This document shows positions 1 to 7,208 of a stretch of 30,307 bases of DNA, one piece after another. How positions within the stretch are numbered: the first letter of the stretch is position 1; the number at the start of each line of letters is the position of its first letter. Below the pieces are notes generated by a model. The model saw only the letters and a program-made list of their open reading frames with translations, had not been told where the DNA came from and ran no database searches. Source of the DNA: a virus (taxonomy: Duplodnaviria > Caudoviricetes); IMG/VR virus record IMGVR_UViG_3300005326_000720, positions 1-30,307 of that record; one strand, written 5' to 3'. The translations under genes and the position numbers were made by a program.

Positions 1-498
1 CGGCCAACCGCAAAGATCTGGCTCGCGACGAATCACCGACCGATCATCCAGGGGACGGACGACGCTATATGGCGCCGTATCTGGCTGATCCCATTCACGG
101 TCGCGATCGCGGAAGAGAAACGCGATCCGGATATTGTCGCTAAGCTGCTCCTGGCGCTGCCGGGGATCCTGAACTGGGGGCTGGAGGGTCTCTGGAAATA
201 CCGGCAGGCCGGGCGGCTGATTCAGCCGGAGAAGGTCCGGGTCGCTACCGATGAGTACCGGCAGGATTCGGATATCCTGAAGGATTTCATGGAATTGATG
301 TGCCTAATGAACGGCGAGATCAAGCGGAGCGATCTGTATCACGCCTATTCGGACTGGTGCGATGCCAATCACGAGAAGGCCGTGGGGTCGAAGAAGTTCG
401 CGACCATGATCCGGGAACGCGGGATCGGGGAGCGGCGCGATGTGCACAACCGTTACTGGACCGGTATTTCACTGAAAGGTTTCTGGGGTGGAAAATGA
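1..498 (+). CDS. P4/D5-family phage primase-helicase, C-terminal part (5' truncated)
   Basis: Frame 1 is open from base 1: RPTAKIWLATNHRPIIQGTDDAIWRRIWLIPF...LPGILNWGLEG...DEYRQDSD...LYHAYSDWC. These are the typical SF3 helicase motif C / Arg-finger region and C-terminal winged helix. Confidence 0.9.
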   Translation, partial: RPTAKIWLATNHRPIIQGTDDAIWRRIWLIPFTVAIAEEKRDPDIVAKLLLALPGILNWGLEGLWKYRQAGRLIQPEKVRVATDEYRQDSDILKDFMELMCLMNGEIKRSDLYHAYSDWCDANHEKAVGSKKFATMIRERGIGERRDVHNRYWTGISLKGFWGGK

Positions 499-881
499 CG
501 GAAGAACTGATGAAAATTATCGAGGCCGTGGTCTCGTTCTGGGAAGCGGATACCGGGTTCGTGTTTGTCCAGGCATATCCCCTGGACTGGAGCCCGATGG
601 TCCTCTACGCTGAGTGGACCGCGATCCGGAAGAGGACGCCCGAGATGTTCAACGGGTATTCATCCAGCCATGAGGCGGTTGGACCGCTGCGGGAACTGCT
701 GCGCAATATCGAGCAGGTCCATGGTGTGGTCATCGATCACATCTACGCGAAGAGAGAGGAGGGCCATATCTCTGTCCTCTGGCACCTGCCAGAAACGCGG
801 GTGCGGAAATTCGGATGGGCGCCGGTGGCTTCGGCTGCCGTTCCTGTCCAGGTTCAAACTACTGAAAAAGGAGTTGCTTAA
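495..881 (+). CDS. Hypothetical protein (128 aa, MTEELMKII...)
   Basis: ATGA overlap with the primase stop and GGGGTGG SD-like site. Start moved from 300 to 495. Confidence 0.7.
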   Translation: MTEELMKIIEAVVSFWEADTGFVFVQAYPLDWSPMVLYAEWTAIRKRTPEMFNGYSSSHEAVGPLRELLRNIEQVHGVVIDHIYAKREEGHISVLWHLPETRVRKFGWAPVASAAVPVQVQTTEKGVA

Positions 882-883
882 CC

Positions 884-1066
884 ATGGGAAAATTTTGGAA
901 TGCAAGGACGAAGGCGATATTCAGATGCCACCCGGTGCAGTGCACCGCAATGATCGCAGGATATGTGATCTGGTACGTAGTGTTCGCCGTCTTGACTGTA
1001 CCGCTCGGAGGATTTCTTATCATCGTTGGGAAAGAGGGCGATTGGGTCCGGTGGTGGCTGCCATGA
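884..1066 (+). CDS. Small membrane protein (60 aa)
   Basis: Hydrophobic stretch MIAGYVIWYVVFAVLTVPLGGFLIIV; GGAG upstream. Confidence 0.65.
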   Translation: MGKFWNARTKAIFRCHPVQCTAMIAGYVIWYVVFAVLTVPLGGFLIIVGKEGDWVRWWLP

Positions 1067-1272
1067 ACATTGTGAAGAAGACGCCAACGATTTCTGATAT
1101 AATTTCATCGATCAGGTCCACTGCGAAAGATTGCAGAAATGAAATGGATAATGTCGATATCGCGGCAGAAGCTCAAGACGCAGGAAGTGGTGTTTATGGT
1201 TGCCTCGATGATATCGAAAGTTATCTTCAGGATCTCGAAGCAAAGATTGCCGGACTCAAAGAGGCGCTCTGA
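1063..1272 (+). CDS. Small acidic coiled-coil protein (69 aa, MNIVKKTPT...)
   Basis: ATGA overlap with the upstream stop; C-terminus LDDIESYLQDLEAKIAGLKEAL. Confidence 0.65.
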   Translation: MNIVKKTPTISDIISSIRSTAKDCRNEMDNVDIAAEAQDAGSGVYGCLDDIESYLQDLEAKIAGLKEAL

Positions 1273-1481
1273 TGCACCGTATTGTCTCCATCAAGGATGC
1301 ATGGAATCTCGACACCGAGATCTGCGTGTCGTGCCAGTTCTCCCGGTCCTGCTCGCTGCGATCGCGGCGGGTCAGGTTCCCGGAGAAGTTCCTGGGGTGT
1401 AGCATGGTCAAGAAATACCTGCAGCAGCAGGGGATCACGATCGATAGGTCGCTATCGAAGTGCCCGTATGGGGGTGCGTGA
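1272..1481 (+). CDS. Cys-rich hypothetical protein (69 aa)
   Basis: TGATG overlap; CVSCQFSRSC...C...CPY. Confidence 0.65.
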   Translation: MHRIVSIKDAWNLDTEICVSCQFSRSCSLRSRRVRFPEKFLGCSMVKKYLQQQGITIDRSLSKCPYGGA

Positions 1482-1591
1482 TGATCTGCCCTGACTGTGG
1501 ACGGGAAATGCAGATTGGTACCGCTCATGACAACAGCTGGCGCTATCAGTACGAGTGTCCGGGATGCGGAAAGATCATTGGGGTGCCCTGA
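1481..1591 (+). CDS. 36-aa zinc-ribbon microprotein (not in ORF track)
   Basis: Translated by hand: MICPDCGREMQIGTAHDNSWRYQYECPGCGKIIGVP. Two CPxCG motifs and TGATG overlaps at both ends. Confidence 0.8.
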   Translation: MICPDCGREMQIGTAHDNSWRYQYECPGCGKIIGVP

Positions 1592-2031
1592 TGGCGTCAC
1601 AAATTATCACTCCGGAAAACTTGAAACAAACGATTGATGCGTTTGTTAAGAAGGAAGGTACAAAAGCCTTCATCCTCTCTACAGAGAAGCACGGAGACGC
1701 TCTTGCCCCCTCGAAGAAACTGAATCTCTTCCGGATTCCGGTTGCGGTTCACGGGGATTTCCTCAAGATCCCGAATATGGGACTCATAAAAATGATGCAC
1801 GGGTTGTACCTGATCCCTGTCAAAGATATTGAGGACCTTTCTGATATCGCCCGGGAAGCGTATGAACAAAACACCCTGAAAGATCCCATTCCCGCAACAC
1901 AAGAAATCCCCGACATCAACCTGCTGCTGCATGTCCGGGTCATGATGGGCGACATGATCACCATCCGGAAAGATGGTACGGTCCTGCACAACGACAAGGT
2001 GCAGACCGAGAAGCAGATGGAGCTGATGTGA
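1591..2031 (+). CDS. Hypothetical protein (146 aa, MASQIITPEN...)
   Basis: TGATG overlap with the zinc-ribbon gene. Confidence 0.7.
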   Translation: MASQIITPENLKQTIDAFVKKEGTKAFILSTEKHGDALAPSKKLNLFRIPVAVHGDFLKIPNMGLIKMMHGLYLIPVKDIEDLSDIAREAYEQNTLKDPIPATQEIPDINLLLHVRVMMGDMITIRKDGTVLHNDKVQTEKQMELM

Positions 2032-2256
2032 ATGGCGAGATCTTTCGCACCCAACGGGAGACGCGGTAGGATACTGTCCTATCTCCAACGAAACCCATGC
2101 AAAGATCTCACCGCAGTCGACATTGCAAGAGAGGTCGATTATCCCGCTCGGGAGATCGGGCAGTTGCTCAGTAAGGATATTGAGGGGGTCGTCGTAACCC
2201 GTGCAAAGGGTTATCACAATCTATATCGGTTTGATCCTCCGACGGCGGTGCTTTGA
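2032..2256 (+). CDS. Winged helix-turn-helix DNA-binding protein
   Basis: RILSYLQRNP..LTAVDIAREV..PAREIGQLL...GVVVTR....LYRF fits a wHTH pattern. Confidence 0.7.
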   Translation: MARSFAPNGRRGRILSYLQRNPCKDLTAVDIAREVDYPAREIGQLLSKDIEGVVVTRAKGYHNLYRFDPPTAVL

Positions 2257-2432
2257 TGCCCGTAAAAATCGAGTGCGGCTGTAGTGGGTTTCATGTTTTG
2301 AGCTCGGAGGGCCGCAGCAAGACACCCGTAGATCACCACTATTGGCGATATTCAGACAAGGGGAAACAACACCGTGATGGAAAGGTTGCGGGCTGCCCCC
2401 TCTGTGAAATGATGAAAGGAGAGCGGTCCTGA
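2256..2432 (+). CDS. 58-aa Cys/His microprotein (not in ORF track)
   Basis: MPVKIECGCSGFH...HRDGKVAGCPLCEMMKGERS; TGATG overlaps at both ends. Confidence 0.7.
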   Translation: MPVKIECGCSGFHVLSSEGRSKTPVDHHYWRYSDKGKQHRDGKVAGCPLCEMMKGERS

Positions 2433-2665
2433 TGGCACAAAACCATGCAACACCAGAGGCCGTGATACGGGCGATTGAGGAAGCGTTATGTTCCAGGTGT
2501 CTATGCAGTGTCCGGGAGAAGTGCCGAGCTCAGAAAGAAGGTGCCAGGAACGCCTCTATGATTGTCTGCATCCTCCAGGGCCCTTTCGATTATTGTGACG
2601 ATGATTTTTTCACAGAGGTTCCTATTCCAGGAGATCCCCGATTCAAACGCAGGGAGGTGGCGTGA
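2432..2665 (+). CDS. Cys-rich hypothetical protein (77 aa)
   Basis: CSRCLCSVREKC; coupled overlaps. Confidence 0.65.
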   Translation: MAQNHATPEAVIRAIEEALCSRCLCSVREKCRAQKEGARNASMIVCILQGPFDYCDDDFFTEVPIPGDPRFKRREVA

Positions 2666-2865
2666 TGCTCGAAAGAACATATTGGAAATGCCCGTCATGC
2701 GGTCAAACTTTCGGGCACACGGGTAAGAAAGATAAATTTGAATATTTAGGGCGTGCGGCCCGGGGATTATTCGGGCATCCTCGCGGTCCTTATTGCACGT
2801 TCTGTCGGTCGAAAAAGAAGAAGCAACGGATCTACAACCTCCCACAAACCCCGGCGGTGGCGTGA
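2665..2865 (+). CDS. Zinc-ribbon protein (66 aa)
   Basis: WKCPSCG...YCTFCR; GGAGGTGG SD; TGATG overlap. Confidence 0.75.
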   Translation: MLERTYWKCPSCGQTFGHTGKKDKFEYLGRAARGLFGHPRGPYCTFCRSKKKKQRIYNLPQTPAVA

Positions 2866-3041
2866 TGGTCGCAATCCCTTACACTGATGAACAGTGGGCA
2901 AAAATCGAGCGGGAATATGAACAAGTGACTGGAGATCTGGGTGCAAGGTACCGTGGCGGGAAGAGGCACCCGGTCCGGGTTGTTGCTGCGTGGTGGGCGG
3001 GATATTCCGGATCGCGTGTCAGAACATCGGGGATGATGTGA
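2865..3041 (+). CDS. Hypothetical protein (58 aa, MVAIPYTDEQW...)
   Basis: TGATG overlaps at both ends. Confidence 0.6.
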   Translation: MVAIPYTDEQWAKIEREYEQVTGDLGARYRGGKRHPVRVVAAWWAGYSGSRVRTSGMM

Positions 3042-3385
3042 TGGGCTGCGCTCCAGGAAAGGATTGCGAGCACTGCGGAGATTGCGGTCCGCTCGTATCA
3101 TTTAGCATCCAGAGAGCTCCCGGCACGTGCTGCCCGGAACCGAGTTGCGACACCCAGGTTGCACCGGTGAAGTGCGAGATGTGCGGTGCCACTTGTCCCT
3201 GTGCTGCATGGGAAGCAAGCCACAAGGACCGGGTCGTTGTCGATGGGAAGTACACGACCGAAGATGAGCTCAAACTCGCTAGCCTGTACATGAATCGTTT
3301 GGCACTGTCAGGGCTCAAGGGAGCCGATATGATCCGGTGGGCACGCAAAGAGCTCGCGGATCCCAATGGGAGGCGGCCGCTGTGA
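3041..3385 (+). CDS. Very Cys-rich protein (114 aa)
   Basis: 11 Cys in the first 54 aa, including CEHCGDC and CEMCGATCPC; TGATG overlap. Confidence 0.65.
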   Translation: MGCAPGKDCEHCGDCGPLVSFSIQRAPGTCCPEPSCDTQVAPVKCEMCGATCPCAAWEASHKDRVVVDGKYTTEDELKLASLYMNRLALSGLKGADMIRWARKELADPNGRRPL

Positions 3386-3897
3386 GTAGAGAAGTAAGAA
3401 TGGTACCGGCAAACTGGCAACATCCCCTAAGGGCAAATGGGCAGTATAAGCCCCTTTTTGATGAGCCGTATTCGCGTGCAGTTCAACAGTGGGACGAAGG
3501 AAAAGAGCAGTGGGAACGGGGTTTCAGGCTGGATTGGTCTAAAGAAGAGCGGGTATTTATCCCGAAATTCCCGGACGATGACGGAACATATGAGGATCTT
3601 GAAGGTGAGCGACCGGTACCAGAAAAATACATGCCGGAGTGGCCCGAATCGGATCGCACTCACTACCAGATGTACGAGACTACCTCAGAAGGTACTCCAA
3701 TCTCGCCAGTAATAGCGACCCCAGAAGATCTAGCCCGCTGGCTTGCTGATAACAAAGCCAGTGCATTCGGTGCCCAGACTGCAACCTATCAGCAGTGGCT
3801 CTGTACGATCAAACAGGGATCGGCACCCTCGATGATATTTTCAGATGGAAAACTTCGATCCGGTGTCGAAGCGTGTTGTAAAAAGGAGGTATCATGA
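3382..3897 (+). CDS. Conserved phage hypothetical protein (171 aa)
   Basis: GTG start overlapping the upstream stop. SREVRMVPANWQHP...YQMYETTSEGTPISPVIATPEDLARWL resembles a widespread uncharacterised phage family. Confidence 0.75.
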   Translation: MSREVRMVPANWQHPLRANGQYKPLFDEPYSRAVQQWDEGKEQWERGFRLDWSKEERVFIPKFPDDDGTYEDLEGERPVPEKYMPEWPESDRTHYQMYETTSEGTPISPVIATPEDLARWLADNKASAFGAQTATYQQWLCTIKQGSAPSMIFSDGKLRSGVEACCKKEVS

Positions 3898-4097
3898 CCG
3901 TTATCAAAGTACCGAAAATCGATGGCGCAAAAGTGATGGAGTTCGTCGTCTATCCTAACGGGGACCTCCAGAAATTGACAGTTGAAACCGATCAGGACTC
4001 TTTCACAATCCACGATGACGTGAAGCTCGCGAGCACATTTGTCGAAATCACCGTGAAGAAAGTATCCAAATCGCCGATGGGGAATGATGCCCTATGA
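3894..4097 (+). CDS. Hypothetical protein (67 aa)
   Basis: AGGAGGT SD; ATGA overlap. Confidence 0.7.
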   Translation: MTVIKVPKIDGAKVMEFVVYPNGDLQKLTVETDQDSFTIHDDVKLASTFVEITVKKVSKSPMGNDAL

Positions 4098-4381
4098 GCG
4101 TCGGAAGGAAATGGGTCTACTGGCACCGGATAATCTGGGCAGACAACGAGTGTGAGGAGGGTGCTCAACTGAAAGTCGGGGAACTCCTCGGTCCCAATCA
4201 TAAGGACAAACAATGCGCACGGCTGGTCCGGAAAGAATCGACAAAATCCATTGATCTTGTCGATTACGTGAAGCTCCAGTATCTCGGTCGCATGCTGCGG
4301 ACCGCAACCGCTGAAGAGATTGTTGCAATGGGAGTCTCGGAGGAATGGTGGCCGGAAAAACCAAGGGCGGGTTTTCTATGA
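4094..4381 (+). CDS. Hypothetical protein (95 aa)
   Basis: ATGA overlaps at both ends. Confidence 0.65.
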   Translation: MSVGRKWVYWHRIIWADNECEEGAQLKVGELLGPNHKDKQCARLVRKESTKSIDLVDYVKLQYLGRMLRTATAEEIVAMGVSEEWWPEKPRAGFL

Positions 4382-4575
4382 ACTACCAGAAGACCGCTGC
4401 GGACCTCCTCCTCCGCACCAGGGGCAAGACTTGGGACACCGCAGAGCCCGGTGATGGAGAGTTCGCCCGCGTGCACGTGCACGGCAGCGATCGCGAGTGC
4501 TACGTCAAGCTCGCGGACCTGGACGGGCGGCGGGACCGGATCAACCTCTACGAGAAATTGGGAGGATCATCATGA
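4378..4575 (+). CDS. Hypothetical protein (65 aa, MNYQKTAADL...)
   Basis: ATGA overlaps at both ends. Confidence 0.65.
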   Translation: MNYQKTAADLLLRTRGKTWDTAEPGDGEFARVHVHGSDRECYVKLADLDGRRDRINLYEKLGGSS

Positions 4576-4829
4576 ACGATTGCCCGGATTCGGTCAAGAA
4601 GTTCCAAGGCTTCGAGGAGAATATGAAGCGGCTGTACGGCGAGATCGACCGGATGGTCTATGCTGCAGAGCAAGCGTGCCCCAAAACCATTGAGGAACGA
4701 TATCAGTGCAAAGAACAGGGTTGCACGTTCCTCCATGCAGACCACCTCATTCCGTGTCAGGTTGTATTTTTACGCGGGACTATTGGTGATCACGTTGAGC
4801 AGCACGACCCGACGGGGGCGCAACAGTGA
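4572..4829 (+). CDS. Hypothetical protein (85 aa, MNDCPDSV...)
   Basis: GGAGG SD; ATGA overlap. Confidence 0.65.
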   Translation: MNDCPDSVKKFQGFEENMKRLYGEIDRMVYAAEQACPKTIEERYQCKEQGCTFLHADHLIPCQVVFLRGTIGDHVEQHDPTGAQQ

Positions 4830-5023
4830 AACCTGCAACGGTGTGCAACGAAAAGCACTGCGGGTCCTGTGGACACAAGGGGCTGCGGAAATGGTTCAAG
4901 GAGTCCTGCCCCCGCGTCAATGAACTCCTGTTTCGTGGCGGTGACCTGTCCGCCACAACGATCCTCGAGGACACAAAAGCGAACGGCTGCCAGCACCACT
5001 GCCCGAAGGGGGTGAAGACGTGA
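4826..5023 (+). CDS. Cys/His-rich hypothetical protein (65 aa)
   Basis: GTGA overlap; CNEKHCGSC...CP...GCQHHCP. Confidence 0.6.
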   Translation: MKPATVCNEKHCGSCGHKGLRKWFKESCPRVNELLFRGGDLSATTILEDTKANGCQHHCPKGVKT

Positions 5024-5166
5024 AAGGCACAATCAAAGAACTCCTCGAATGGCGGAAAGAGGAGGCCAAGAAACGAGCTCTTGAAAAGAACTCGATCCGA
5101 CACGTCCTTCTCGCGCTGAAAATTATTCGGGCAAATTTTCCACAACCCGTAGGTGAGACGCAATGA
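5020..5166 (+). CDS. 48-aa basic helical microprotein (not in ORF track)
   Basis: MKGTIKELLEWRKEEAKKRALEKNSIRHVLLALKIIRANFPQPVGETQ; GGGGTGA SD; GTGA/ATGA overlaps. Confidence 0.65.
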   Translation: MKGTIKELLEWRKEEAKKRALEKNSIRHVLLALKIIRANFPQPVGETQ

Positions 5167-5495
5167 GGCCTGAGGAGATCGACGCGGTGCATATTCGTGT
5201 CACCGAAGTGATGCGGCGCGAGTACGAATCACTGACCCCGGCCCGGGAGAAAATGGAGAAGACCGTCGCCGCTGCGAAAAAGGAGTATGCCTTGGCTGAA
5301 CGGAAATACAAGGAAGATCTGAAGAAAGCGAGTCTCAAGCCCGCCAAAGAGCCGCAGTGCGCCCGCTGCCAGTTCATGGAGTTTATCTTCCAGGGCAAAA
5401 CCCAGAAAGAGCGGAACAATATAGCGGGGCTCATCCATGATGCCGTCGAGAAATTCGGGTGCGACGCATTCGTGCGGAGGGCTGATCTGCCATGA
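5163..5495 (+). CDS. Coiled-coil protein with CxxC (110 aa)
   Basis: AGGTGA SD; ATGA overlap; helical Lys/Glu-rich segment followed by CARC. Confidence 0.65.
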   Translation: MRPEEIDAVHIRVTEVMRREYESLTPAREKMEKTVAAAKKEYALAERKYKEDLKKASLKPAKEPQCARCQFMEFIFQGKTQKERNNIAGLIHDAVEKFGCDAFVRRADLP

Positions 5496-5815
5496 TATTC
5501 GACGCAAACGGGGTCCCGATCCGGGCGGGCCTGTGCCTCGACTGTTCAACCCGGTTAGTATGGTGGAATGGCAGACTCCGGTGCAACGCGAAGGATGTAA
5601 ATTTAAAACAGTTCCCAATCAAGTCGTGTAACGGCAGACATCCACTTAACCCAGGACAAAAATCACGCCCCATCCTAGTGGTCCATCCAGATACCGATGC
5701 GTGCTATGGGAATTATAACAAGGATTCGGACCGGTGCTTCATCTGTTCCCGGGCAGATGGTGCCTGCATCTACGAGACGAAACAGCGGAGCAGAAAGGCG
5801 GGTGCAGCATCATGA
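5492..5815 (+). CDS. Cys-rich hypothetical protein (107 aa)
   Basis: CLDC...C...C...CYGNY...CFIC...C; ATGA overlaps. Confidence 0.65.
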   Translation: MIFDANGVPIRAGLCLDCSTRLVWWNGRLRCNAKDVNLKQFPIKSCNGRHPLNPGQKSRPILVVHPDTDACYGNYNKDSDRCFICSRADGACIYETKQRSRKAGAAS

Positions 5816-5961
5816 CCTCCGACCCATGCCAGTTCTGCGACCAATCCGCGACCAGCGAAAGGGCGATGAGGGGGCACCTCCGCAAAATCCACCCGGAAAA
5901 AATACGGAGCAAGAGCGCCGTATTCGCAAAATGTGAAATCAATATGACGGAGCGCCCATGA
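5812..5961 (+). CDS. C2H2-type zinc-finger microprotein (49 aa)
   Basis: MTSDPCQFCDQSATSERAMRGHLRKIHPEK = C-x2-C-x12-H-x4-H; ATGA overlaps. Confidence 0.75.
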   Translation: MTSDPCQFCDQSATSERAMRGHLRKIHPEKIRSKSAVFAKCEINMTERP

Positions 5962-6425
5962 CCCACCGGATCGCGTATCTCAAGCTCGGCCGGCACACCT
6001 ACACCAAGACAGAAGTATCCCTCGATCGCAGCATGACCGAAATCAAGAAGATGCTGCTGCAGGCCGGATGTTCACGCATCGGTACCCAGGAGGATCTCCG
6101 GGTCAAGGTCCCGCTACACACGCTTATCTTCGAGAAAGACGGGCTGCCATTCATGATCGAATTCCCGGTCATCTACGAGCGGCTGCGCAGCGGCCCGGAC
6201 AAGCTCCGCATGGACCTGTCCGGCCGGATCATCAGGGATCGGGTCAAGGTCCTCCTTATGGAAGTCGAGATCGGGGCGTCGCCATTCACAGCAGCAATGG
6301 CGCAGTTCGTAGCGATCGCGGACCGCTCGACCGGGAACCCGGTGCAGATGGAGAACTACATGCTGGAGCACCAGGGCGAGATCCCATCAGGGACCCTGTT
6401 CCTGCCCGGTGGAAGTAGTCGATGA
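5958..6425 (+). CDS. Conserved phage hypothetical protein (155 aa)
   Basis: YTKTEVSLDRSMTEIKKMLLQAG resembles a widespread uncharacterised phage family (T.V...RS..EI..LL...G). Confidence 0.7.
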   Translation: MTHRIAYLKLGRHTYTKTEVSLDRSMTEIKKMLLQAGCSRIGTQEDLRVKVPLHTLIFEKDGLPFMIEFPVIYERLRSGPDKLRMDLSGRIIRDRVKVLLMEVEIGASPFTAAMAQFVAIADRSTGNPVQMENYMLEHQGEIPSGTLFLPGGSSR

Positions 6426-6437
6426 AGAGGTAAAACC

Positions 6438-6611
6438 ATGGATGTTATTGATCCTAAAAAACTTGAAGATATGACCATTGAAATACCGGAAGATTGTAAA
6501 AAATCTGGAAATTATATTTTGTATCACGATCAGGTAATCGCCGTGGTTCACCCAGATAAACCTGGACATATGATAATCGCCGGTGGGAAAGACTGGAATA
6601 GGTCGTGTTAA
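6438..6611 (+). CDS. 57-aa hypothetical protein (not in ORF track), last gene of the + arm
   Basis: GAGGT SD then ATG; MDVIDPKKLEDMTIEIPEDCKKSGNYILYHDQVIAVVHPDKPGHMIIAGGKDWNRSC. Confidence 0.6.
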   Translation: MDVIDPKKLEDMTIEIPEDCKKSGNYILYHDQVIAVVHPDKPGHMIIAGGKDWNRSC

Positions 6612-6746
6612 TCCCCGCACGGGAAAAAAGGTGAAAACCATCCATGAGGCTAAATGGTTGTCCCGTGCAGGGGAACACCCTCCCGGCGGATCGACCCGCA
6701 TCACCACGCTGTTCCAGCTCTTGGTCCCATCCAGTGGGCGGGGGGC
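6605..6746 (-). ncRNA. Putative structured RNA: 70-nt four-way cloverleaf (6677-6746) plus long hairpin (6605-6678)
   Basis: Hand folding of the minus strand gives GCCCCCCG/CGGGAGGGU, CCCA/UGGG, ACCA..GCUG/CAGC..UGGU and GCGGG/UCCGC, then CCCCUGCACGGGA/UCCCGUGCGGGG with inner AACCAUUUA/UGGAUGGUU. Several pairs are G-U only on this strand. Confidence 0.45.
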
Positions 6747-6766
6747 AAAAATATTGGGTGACTTGG

Positions 6767-7198
6767 TTAGATCCAGCCTTTTGATGCTGCGAGAGTGATT
6801 ATCAGGGAGCCTATACCAATGATGGCACCCTGCGATCCGCGTTTCAAGTCGTACGCGACCGCTGCTGCTGCTTCGTAGTACTGCGCCTCATCCTGCCAGA
6901 GTACCGGGCACTTCGGGAGATTGTCCCAGGTGCTGATACGCAGGCCCGCCATGAACCCCCGGACGGTGATGTGCCACTCGCGGGATGTGCTGCAAAAGCC
7001 ATCGTACAGGACCCGTCCCCGCAGCGACGCGATCGGGAACCAATCGGGGAGGACAAAATTTTCAGCGTGTTCGGCTTCGGTATCGTACTGGTCAAAATCC
7101 ACACCCTCGACATCGGTATTTTTACTGGCAGAAAGTGGGAATCCCCTGATACCGAATCCCACGTGCGTGATCGTTACACCGAGAAGGGTTTCGGGCAT
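6767..7198 (-). CDS. Hypothetical protein with C-terminal membrane anchor (MPETLLG...)
   Basis: GGTGAGTGAGG upstream of ATG 7198; C-terminus GAIIGIGSLIITLAASKGWI. Confidence 0.7.
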   Translation of the reverse strand: MPETLLGVTITHVGFGIRGFPLSASKNTDVEGVDFDQYDTEAEHAENFVLPDWFPIASLRGRVLYDGFCSTSREWHITVRGFMAGLRISTWDNLPKCPVLWQDEAQYYEAAAAVAYDLKRGSQGAIIGIGSLIITLAASKGWI

Positions 7199-7208
7199 AG
7201 TGAGATCC

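Noticed and set aside
300-1272. ORF-track long versions 300-881 and 565-1272
   Set aside because: Their 5' parts overlap other genes. ATGA-coupled starts at 495 and 1063 fit the operon pattern.
6677-6746. Canonical tRNA gene (possible att site)
   Set aside because: No 7-nt anticodon loop, no TTCRA T-loop, no proper D-loop, and a bulged acceptor stem. Kept only as a structured-RNA candidate.
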